DNA of 11,349 nt, from NCBI GenBank assembly GCA_051382305.1, contig JBBCAV010000041.1, positions 1 through 11,349 of the forward strand, read 5' to 3'. Position 1 is the first letter of the stretch. The number at the start of each line of letters is the position of its first letter. The position numbers and the translations under genes are program-made. Shown here in pieces: positions 1 to 6,784 of the stretch. This stretch comes from Bdellovibrionota bacterium FG-2. Lineage in GTDB: Bacteria; Bdellovibrionota; UBA1018. The notes under the pieces are model-generated. The model worked only from the letters and a program-made list of their open reading frames with translations, did not search any database and was not told the origin of the DNA.

Positions 1-141
1 CAACCAACCCGGCACGAGGAGCGTCGTGCATAACTCCTTCGGGAGCAACCAAGAACTGAGGAGCCCGTTGCCTAAATTGGGCACGGCGGGTTCTGCGAGG
101 GGCCTACCCTCTTTCGAAAGATTAGGGCAGGTCTACTCTAT
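1..141 (+). mobile_element. 3' end of a group II intron (distal domain IV, domain V, domain VI, 3' splice site); 5' part lies outside the window
   Basis: 61-93 GAGCCCGTTGCCTAAATTGGGCACGGCGGGTTC folds as domain V: AGC triad at 62-64, 9-bp lower stem 61-69/85-93, AC bulge 83-84, upper stem 70-73/79-82. A TGC linker leads to domain VI (GAG 97-99 pairs CTC 136-138; GGGCCT 100-105 pairs AGGTCT 129-134) with bulged A135 and terminal AT at 140-141 (AY consensus). Confidence 0.92.
61..141 (+). ncRNA. Group II intron ribozyme domains V-VI (catalytic helix and branch-point helix)
   Basis: Base pairing checked by hand. Branch A135 is the 7th nt from the intron end. The DVI distal stem is CCC 107-109/GGG 125-127 capped by the TCTTTCGAAAGA hairpin (110-121). 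Confidence 0.9.
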
Positions 142-611
142 GTGAATCGCCCATTTCAATAAGAACTAGAATCACTGCTTTCTTTTTTTGCTCTCTGGCG
201 ATCTTTATGTGTCTCGGGTGCAGTCCTAGCCTGGAAGGCACCTACGCGATAACTCAAATTAGCACTGGAGGAACGCTATCCAGTAGCTGTCAAACCTCTC
301 AGGCATCTCTCGTTTTGAGCCATTCTGGCCAGAGCGTTAACGGCACCGCATCTAGCGATTGTTTCAATGAAGCGTTCGCTGGCAATCAGAGCGGTGCAGA
401 TCCAGGTTTCAATAGCGCTTCGGGGACCTTAACAATGACGCCCGCGGCGCAAGGGCTATCATCCGGCACCGCCTCACAATGCTCATATACGGGCCAATTT
501 GTGGTTACTCAAAATGCACAGATTTCTGGAACATGGACACCAAGTCAGTCCTCAACAAATTCTGAAAATTGCCCTTCGTCGATTAGCGTTAGCGGATCAA
601 AGAGTAATTGA
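142..611 (+). CDS. Putative Ser/Thr/Gln-rich lipoprotein; 3' exon of the intron-interrupted gene (ORF-track ATG at 207 is probably not the true start)
   Basis: The frame of ORF 207-611 is open upstream to a TAG at 123-125 inside the intron. From 144 it reads ESPISIRTRITAFFFCSLAIFMCLGC-SPSLEG: basic n-region, hydrophobic h-region, lipobox-like CLGC. The mature part has four more Cys and beta-strand-like patterning. Confidence 0.7.
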
Positions 612-624
612 GACAGCAGGATTT

Positions 625-1785
625 CTATTCAAAAAAACCTCTCAAAGCCTCCCTCTGAGCTAGAGCGTCTTGGTACCCCAACTCCAAGAGCTGGCATGTG
701 TAACTGCCATCAAAAGCGAGATAGCTCAAAAGCGGCCATCCCTTTTCGTTGGAAGCGCCAAGCCCCCGAAGTAAATGCCGCAATATCAAGGGAAACCTCC
801 CAAACTGCTCTGAAGCAAGAGTGCTTAGATTCTTTGACGGCTGAATGGCAAGCACCGGAATATATCGAAGTTCATCTGGATTCTGTGCTCGTTGCTCAGG
901 CGTCAGCAAAGCCACTGTTCTGTTCACCCGCTGCATTCGCTTTAAATCAAGCTCCACAGAATCCATGAAGACTGCATTAAGGAGGACACCTGCAATATCC
1001 ACCATCATCACTGGCCTTGAAGGAACCTCCTGGACCGGTGGACAATCGATTTCGGATCGTGGATGTTGAATTCCGATCACGACAATGCGATCGGAACCCA
1101 AATGAATCGCCGGACTCAACGGCGTATTTTGACGAATACATCCGTCCCCAAAATCACAACCCTCGATTTGAACCGGCGGAAACAGAACCGGAATTGCCAC
1201 AGACGCCATCACATGCACTAGATCGAGCGGCTTTCGCACCGAGATGCGCATTCCACGAGACCAAGGTATGATCGAGGTTTCTCCATCAAAAAACGTGACC
1301 GCCCGACCGGTGCCGTAGTTTGTCGTGGTCACTCCGACCCCATGCAGAATCCCCGAGGCGATATGCCGTTTAATTGAGCTATAGTCAATTTGTCCCAGAA
1401 GATTTCTGAGCGGTGAGTTATCCAAAAGATAATTGGATTTACTGCTCCCCAAAAACTCTCCCAATCCGAGATCTTTGAGCCATCGCGCACCGATCTTCAG
1501 CAATGACAGAGTATCCGTCTTGAATACGTCCTCAGCCCTGATCTTTTTCCAGACATTCCAGATATTTTCAGTAGCAACCTGCAAATCATCCGATCCGGCC
1601 GCTAGTGCGGCGCCGTTGACCGCGCCGCCGGATACCCCAGTCACGATCGAAAAAGGGGACAACTTGGATCCTACGATTTCAGCGATTCCTCGCAATACTC
1701 CCGCTTGATAAGCGGCATGCGCGCCGCCGCCCGTCAAGACGAGGCCTATTTTGGGCTTTGCTACATCTTTGCCTGCCGACGACAT
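625..1785 (-). CDS. Patatin-like phospholipase (NTE/RssA-type acylesterase)
   Basis: Glycine-rich oxyanion loop LVLTGGGAHAAYQAG, nucleophile elbow GVSGG (GxSxG), MASVAIPVLFPPV block and catalytic Asp in FGDGC. AGAGGA SD-like sequence upstream of the ATG. Confidence 0.92.
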   Translation of the reverse strand: MSSAGKDVAKPKIGLVLTGGGAHAAYQAGVLRGIAEIVGSKLSPFSIVTGVSGGAVNGAALAAGSDDLQVATENIWNVWKKIRAEDVFKTDTLSLLKIGARWLKDLGLGEFLGSSKSNYLLDNSPLRNLLGQIDYSSIKRHIASGILHGVGVTTTNYGTGRAVTFFDGETSIIPWSRGMRISVRKPLDLVHVMASVAIPVLFPPVQIEGCDFGDGCIRQNTPLSPAIHLGSDRIVVIGIQHPRSEIDCPPVQEVPSRPVMMVDIAGVLLNAVFMDSVELDLKRMQRVNRTVALLTPEQRAQNPDELRYIPVLAIQPSKNLSTLASEQFGRFPLILRHLLRGLGASNEKGWPLLSYLAFDGSYTCQLLELGYQDALAQREALRGFFE

Positions 1786-1813
1786 AAAAACGTATTTTCC
1801 TCTCTGCCCACCT

Positions 1814-2322
1814 TCATCTTCGGTACTTCATTTTGGAAGGAAGCCTAATAATTTTTCCAGCGACCATAAATTCTCCTCGCCCGAGATGATGAATCGTCCG
1901 TGGGCGCTTCGCAGCAGGAGTAATCCAGGCCTTGAGTACCTCAAGAATAAACAGGTTATAGCGGGTCGCCATTTTGATATCGACAACTTTGGTGCCTCAA
2001 CGAGGGTGGCCGCCACAGGCGTGAGTCTAAATTTCTTGAACTTGTCCGTAGTTCGCCCAGAAGTATTGCCGCAGTCCACTACTTTTGACGCCAGCTCAAC
2101 GGAAGGAATATTGATCACGCATTGCTTCGTGGCCTTTAATATTTTGAAGGAATGGTTTCGGTTGCTGATAATACAACCGACCAGCGGCGGCACGAAATCG
2201 ATCATCATATGCCATGACATCGTCATGATATTTGGCACGCCTTTGACGGCGGTCGTGACCATCACTACGGGGCCTGGCTCGAGCAAGCGATAAACTTGAG
2301 AGAGGGGATAGGTTTTTTTCAT
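1814..2322 (-). pseudogene. Flavin reductase family protein (DIM6/NTAB-like), frameshifted by an internal deletion at 1991/1990
   Basis: From ATG 2322: MKKTYPLSQVYRLLEPGPVVMVTT...NIMTMSWHMM...CVINIP...CGNTSGR..DKF...VEAP. The family-like C-terminus continues in a different frame from 1990: KVVDIKMATRYNLFILEVLKAWI...RTIHHLGRGEFMVAG..IRLPSKMKYRR, stop TGA 1816-1814. The usual LIxEC..NLEC segment is missing at the junction. Confidence 0.85.
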
Positions 2323-2414
2323 GGCGCAAAGTCTCACGAGTGACCTTGCAGGGCGTGTGCCCGCCCAACGCTTGCAGCCTCGATCGCGATTCTGACTGCG
2401 ATTCAAAAGCTCGT

Positions 2415-3569
2415 TTAACAATCACCTGTAGCGCTACAGGCAGAATATGTCGCCGCATCAATTTGCATTGGCTGCGCTGGGACTAAGATGGCATCATCCT
2501 GAGCACGCTCCAGAGTCAAGCCCAGCTCCTGCGTGATCAGTTCACGCACTTGTTGAAAACTTGAAGTCAAGCCACAGCCATCCGTGATGAAACTCACGCC
2601 CTTAATCTCGGGCACGCGAAACGGCTCCCTGGGGGCATCCCCTGAACCAAAAACCCAATCTTCTGCAAAACGCACTTGTTCAGAGTCTACTGACTCTAAG
2701 AAGCTGAACATTTTATCGAGGAGGTTTTTCATTTTACGATATTTTTTTACAATCTCGTGATTATCTTCGGTCTCAGTCTCCGAGAGACAAATCGTCCAGC
2801 AACTCTCAAGTCCGTCTTGAGAAAAATAGCCCCAAACGCGCCGCTCAAAATCCTCACCCGCTTCTTTATTCAGCGTCCCGAAAAATCCTAGCCGTGAATC
2901 CATAGCAATCGGCGCCTTATGTTTCAGCGTCGCTTGCACCACACTGTGAGGAATCCGCTTACGCGTAAACGGCAAGGGCTTGGGGAGCCCCTCAATCGCC
3001 GCAAGACCACTCCAGCTATCTCCGAAAACCAAGTTTGAACAGGTGATCTCAACACCCGAATCCAGACGGACAGAGGTCAAGCGCCCCTCCTCAATCTTAA
3101 CACCCAAAATCTTTGAACCCGTAATTATGCGAACATTCGAAAGACCCTTAATCCGGTCCAAGGTCATCTTCTCAAAAGTCATCCAGTCCGTCGCAAACGT
3201 TGCTTCGTTCAGGGCGGCGAAACTGCGCTCCGGATCCCAAAGCATTTCATCACGAACCCCTCGGCGCACTTCTGGATCCTGCTCTTTCTCCCAGGAGACT
3301 GCGCGAAATGACTTGTTCCGAAACTCTCGAAGAAACTTTCCTTTCTCCAGGCTCTCGGCCACGCCCTCGTCGCACCCCAAGAGCTTCAAAAGATCGATCC
3401 AAACTTGGGAGGCGTCTCCTGACTCAAACCCAGGAACCACGGGATGAATGCGAGGAGCAGTTCCACTAACCCACACCACTTCTTTACCCGAAGCAGCTAA
3501 GAAACCAACCGTCGCTAAAGCAGCGAGACCCGGCCCCGCCACCACATATTCAGCACCCAGCTTACTCAT
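2415..3569 (-). CDS. Hypothetical protein with N-terminal Rossmann-like dinucleotide-binding motif (possible FAD-dependent oxidoreductase fold)
   Basis: 384-aa ORF. N-terminal [27 protein letters not shown] resembles the beta-alpha-beta GxGxx(G/A) motif. A later segment [30 protein letters not shown] is typical of FAD-binding domains. ATGA overlap with lysC. Confidence 0.65.
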   Translation of the reverse strand: MSKLGAEYVVAGPGLAALATVGFLAASGKEVVWVSGTAPRIHPVVPGFESGDASQVWIDLLKLLGCDEGVAESLEKGKFLREFRNKSFRAVSWEKEQDPEVRRGVRDEMLWDPERSFAALNEATFATDWMTFEKMTLDRIKGLSNVRIITGSKILGVKIEEGRLTSVRLDSGVEITCSNLVFGDSWSGLAAIEGLPKPLPFTRKRIPHSVVQATLKHKAPIAMDSRLGFFGTLNKEAGEDFERRVWGYFSQDGLESCWTICLSETETEDNHEIVKKYRKMKNLLDKMFSFLESVDSEQVRFAEDWVFGSGDAPREPFRVPEIKGVSFITDGCGLTSSFQQVRELITQELGLTLERAQDDAILVPAQPMQIDAATYSACSATGDC

Positions 3570-4795
3570 ATTCCATTCCCCCCCAAAAATTCCCGATGCA
3601 GAACCAAAACCGCATCATTCACGTGCGACTCAGATATGGCCACCGTCATCCCCAAAGCCGAAGAGGTAGCATGAGAAACCGAGATCTGAGCTCGCGCCAA
3701 AGTATCCAGCACTCGAGACAACGCTGTCCCATCCTGCGAAAATCGATCCCCAATCACACTCACAGGCCGGACCTCTGTCTCCATAGAGTAGTTCGTCAGA
3801 AATCCATCTTTTGTGAACTGCTCCAGAATCCTAGACCACTCTGGCTCCGCCTCTTTTTCAACAAAAAAACTCACCTGCGCCGATGACAAAACAACCGCAA
3901 TCATCGATAGGTGCAATTGCGCGGCCGCATCCCAAATCGCTTGATGCGCTGAAGGACGCGCAAGGTTCAAGGAAACCCTGAACTTCTCACGATCAGATGT
4001 CACTCCGGTAATCCTAAAATCTTCCATTCCAGGCATCCCTGGCGTTCTTGAATCAGCCATCTCTCTTGAGGATACAACAGCAGTTCCTGGTTCAGATTTC
4101 AAGCTGTTCTTTACACAAAGCGCAACTCCGAACTGCTTGGCAAGCTCTACGCTCCGTGGATGCAAGACCCCGGCTCCCCGTGTCGCCAACTCCACCATGA
4201 GATCATGAGGAATTTTGTCCCACTTCCTCGCCTCAGGCACTACGCGCGGATCCGCAGAATATACTCCGTCAACATCGGTATAGATTTCGCAGACACTCGC
4301 CCCCAATACGGCCGCAAGTGCGACAGCAGTCGTATCCGAACCGCCCCGACCGAGGGTGGTGACCTCTTTATTTTCACTCACCCCCTGAAATCCAGCTACT
4401 ATGGCCACTTTCCCCTCGGCAAGTGCGGCGCGCACGCGATCACCAAGAATGCGCTTGATACGCGCGCGGCGGTGACTGGAGTCTGTGATGATTCCACTCT
4501 GAGAGCCCGTTAGCGAGAGCGCCGATACACCTCGGTCCGAGAGAGCCATGCTCAACAGCGCCATGGAAACGCGCTCCCCCGTCGTGAGCAACATGTCCAT
4601 TTCGCGATGAGGGGGATTGCGCGAGACCTTGCCTGCCAGTTCGATCAACTCATCCGTGGTGTGGCCCATGGCCGACACGACAACGACCAGAGAGTTTCCC
4701 TTAGCTTTTTCGGCAACGATTCGATCCGCTACAGCGAGAATTCGCTCAGGTGATCCGACGGAGGTGCCTCCGTATTTTTGAACGATTAAAGCCAT
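3566..4795 (-). CDS. lysC: Aspartate kinase (monofunctional, C-terminal ACT-like region)
   Basis: [102 protein letters not shown] lies close upstream. Confidence 0.96.
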   Translation of the reverse strand: MALIVQKYGGTSVGSPERILAVADRIVAEKAKGNSLVVVVSAMGHTTDELIELAGKVSRNPPHREMDMLLTTGERVSMALLSMALSDRGVSALSLTGSQSGIITDSSHRRARIKRILGDRVRAALAEGKVAIVAGFQGVSENKEVTTLGRGGSDTTAVALAAVLGASVCEIYTDVDGVYSADPRVVPEARKWDKIPHDLMVELATRGAGVLHPRSVELAKQFGVALCVKNSLKSEPGTAVVSSREMADSRTPGMPGMEDFRITGVTSDREKFRVSLNLARPSAHQAIWDAAAQLHLSMIAVVLSSAQVSFFVEKEAEPEWSRILEQFTKDGFLTNYSMETEVRPVSVIGDRFSQDGTALSRVLDTLARAQISVSHATSSALGMTVAISESHVNDAVLVLHREFLGGNGI

Positions 4796-4810
4796 GACAA
4801 GAGGACGCCC

Positions 4811-6370
4811 TCAGCCATCTCCCAAGCCCCCGTGCTCCACGGATCTCGCCGACTCACGATGTTTGTGGGTGATCCGATAAGTACGAATTTTCTTTTTACC
4901 AGATCTACGAGAACGCCTTTTTTCGGGAGGATCACGAACTTCTAAAGACGCCAAAGATCTCGTCTGATCGTTTGGGATCGGGAGAATCACGCGCGAGCCT
5001 GCCCTCAAGGGAACCTGAGGGGACACCCCATTAAGGTCGGCCATCGGATCAGCTTTGATCCCGAAATGTCGAGCAATACGCGCCAGCGTGTCCCCACGTT
5101 TGACTTTATACCCCATAAACTCGACTTTTCTAGGAAATGCCGCGTGATTATAGGTTTCGAGGAACTTGTCTTTTAAGGTTTCCGGAAGCTTCAACCGATA
5201 AGCCGCAACTTTTGGAGGCGTACACCAGCGCATAAGTTCGGGATTGAGGCTTTTCACCGTTTGATAGGATAGACCCGAAGCGCGCGCGACTTTCAGCAAA
5301 TCCGCCGGGCCATCCAACTCAAACTCAACGAGCTGCACACCCGAAATTTCACCCGACTTAGTAAGGTGAGGAGTCACAGGAACCGCCTTGACGGAAGAAG
5401 CAACTTCACCCACCACAGGAACGGGCTCCTGCGGAACAGCGGTCGCAACCTGATCCGAATCGTCGACATCATCATCGTCATCTTCAACTTGTGCCAAAGT
5501 GTCTGCAACTCGATCAACCTTCTCTTCGGGTTTATCAGTCTTTATCACCTTTACGATGGCACCATCTCCAGCCACAACCTCGTCGGCTGCGGGATGTAGC
5601 GTACTGGCTTTAAAACCAAAAAGTTCCCTATTCTTTGCGATGATCGCCGCCGCCATGATTTTGGGAACATAATCCCGCGTCTCAGGCTTTAAGAACCGAT
5701 GACGTGAAAGTTCCCAGAAATCCTTGGTCCCGTAGCGCTGAATTGCTCGAGCAATCTTCGCCTCTCCCGAATTATAAGAGGCGGCAGCGAGCTCCCAACT
5801 CTGAAACATTTGGTAAAGATCTCGCAAATATCCCACGGCCGAAAGGGTCGATTTACGAATATCGCGGCGTTCATCGACCCACCAATTCACTTTTAGACCG
5901 TAGCGTTTTCCGGTAGCAGAAATAAATTGCCAAGGTCCCACCGCCTTGGCTCGAGAACGAGCAAGGTTATTAAAACCACTCTCGATCATTGCAAGATAAA
6001 CGAGATCCTCAGGCATTCCATTTTGTTTCAAAATAGGTCGAATATAAGGAATAAAAAATTCGGAGCGCTCGAGATACTTTTCAAAATGGGGGCGACCACG
6101 AACAGTGAAGTAATCAACCCAGTATTCAACTCTGGAATTCACAACCACGGGGATATCAAACTGCGTATTCTTGAGTTTAACGCCGTTAACAACCAAATCG
6201 CCATCATACGCCTGAGTCGCTTGCGTTTTTTCCTTTTTGAGATCTTGCCTAATAACCTCACCAACAGTTCTCGGTGCTGTTGAGTCACCTGTGGAGTTCT
6301 CACGGGGTTTCACATGGGAGCACCCCACCGAAAAAACAAATAAAGAAACAGCCGCAACAACGTAACGCAT
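4811..6370 (-). CDS. mltD: MltD-like membrane-bound lytic murein transglycosylase (SLT domain + LysM), lipoprotein
   Basis: SLT motifs YLAMIESGFN (catalytic Glu), AVGPWQFI, DERRD, LAAASYNSGE and ETRDYVPKI. LysM YKVKRGDTLARIARHFGI...LNG. Lipobox FSVGC. ATG 6370 has AAGGA 8 nt upstream, so it is preferred over GTG 6403. Confidence 0.9.
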   Translation of the reverse strand: MRYVVAAVSLFVFSVGCSHVKPRENSTGDSTAPRTVGEVIRQDLKKEKTQATQAYDGDLVVNGVKLKNTQFDIPVVVNSRVEYWVDYFTVRGRPHFEKYLERSEFFIPYIRPILKQNGMPEDLVYLAMIESGFNNLARSRAKAVGPWQFISATGKRYGLKVNWWVDERRDIRKSTLSAVGYLRDLYQMFQSWELAAASYNSGEAKIARAIQRYGTKDFWELSRHRFLKPETRDYVPKIMAAAIIAKNRELFGFKASTLHPAADEVVAGDGAIVKVIKTDKPEEKVDRVADTLAQVEDDDDDVDDSDQVATAVPQEPVPVVGEVASSVKAVPVTPHLTKSGEISGVQLVEFELDGPADLLKVARASGLSYQTVKSLNPELMRWCTPPKVAAYRLKLPETLKDKFLETYNHAAFPRKVEFMGYKVKRGDTLARIARHFGIKADPMADLNGVSPQVPLRAGSRVILPIPNDQTRSLASLEVRDPPEKRRSRRSGKKKIRTYRITHKHRESARSVEHGGLGDG

Positions 6371-6494
6371 AAAATCAATCCTTTGATTTCTTAAACTTCT
6401 CACTACTCCCCCTTTTTTTTCCCCTAATCCTTGGGTCTTAGTATCTCATCGGATTTAATCGAATTTCATCCCGACGAGCCCCCTGCCGTCTTAT

Positions 6495-6524
6495 ATTGTA
6501 ATCGAGCGCGCGAGTACCTGTCAA
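6495..6524 (-). promoter_or_regulatory. Sigma70-type promoter for mltD-lysC operon
   Basis: - strand TTGACA (6524-6519), 18-nt spacer, TACAAT (6500-6495). About 120 nt of leader to the mltD ATG. Confidence 0.75.
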
Positions 6525-6571
6525 ACAATCAGGCCCTCCACGAGTTTCTAGATTGACCAAGAAATCAGATT

Positions 6572-6654
6572 TATAACGCAATGCGTTTATTAGAATAATT
6601 TCACGACTGGCAGCAGCAATATGTGAAATTATTTCCCACGCGCAGTGCGCTATA
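6572..6654. repeat. Quasi-palindromic inverted repeat, candidate enhancer/operator
   Basis: Perfect 11-bp IR AATAATTTCAC (6594-6604) / GTGAAATTATT (6623-6633), flanked symmetrically by TATAaCGCAaTGCG (6572-6585) and CGCAgTGCGcTATA (6641-6654). Confidence 0.7.
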
Positions 6655-6718
6655 GGTTGTGCGGCAGCGCCCATCCATTTTTCCCCACTAATATCAGCTC
6701 AGTGCGACAGCCGGACTT

Positions 6719-6735
6719 TTGGCCCACCGCTTGCT
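6719..6735 (+). promoter_or_regulatory. Sigma54 (RpoN) -24/-12 promoter for the M4 protease
   Basis: TTGGCCCACCGCTTGCT: GG 6721-6722, exactly 10 nt, GC 6733-6734. Matches YTGGCAC-N5-TTGCW with one mismatch and lies 50 nt upstream of ATG 6785. Confidence 0.7.
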
Positions 6736-6784
6736 TATGCTGCACCAGCCTTCTCAGAAAATAGAGAAGCCCAAGGGGACTTTA

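Noticed and set aside
103-131. Hairpin read as terminator or riboswitch
   Set aside because: It has no U-tract and is fully explained as intron domain VI.
140-162. ATG 140 or GTG 142 as lipoprotein start
   Set aside because: ATG 140 is followed immediately by TGA. The GTG 142 frame stops at TAA 160-162. Neither is in the lipoprotein frame, and slippage at the T run 183-189 cannot rescue them.
2326-2370. Two small hairpins upstream of the flavin reductase pseudogene
   Set aside because: They are short and imperfect, lack a U-tract and match no recognisable RNA family.
696-2461. Alternative ORFs 696-968, 845-1069, 1017-1271, 1433-1708, 1751-2293, 2096-2461 and the 2323-2421 extension
   Set aside because: They are shadow frames overlapping well-supported patatin and flavin reductase sequence, with no motifs.
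4796-4810. Lysine riboswitch upstream of lysC
   Set aside because: Only 15 bp separate mltD and lysC, so there is no space.
2980-6283. Short antisense or alternate-frame ORFs within the Rossmann protein, lysC and mltD
   Set aside because: They overlap conserved genes and show no independent coding signal.
6372-6389. FNR box
   Set aside because: The half-sites are in the reverse order (ATCAA-N4-TTGAT rather than TTGAT-N4-ATCAA).
6408-6424. C5-T8-C4 homopolymer as phase-variation tract
   Set aside because: The runs are short and lie in the untranslated leader, not in a coding frame or promoter spacer.
6438-6674. 78-aa ORF in the divergent intergenic region
   Set aside because: It shows no recognisable features and overlaps the sigma70 promoter and the palindromic sites.
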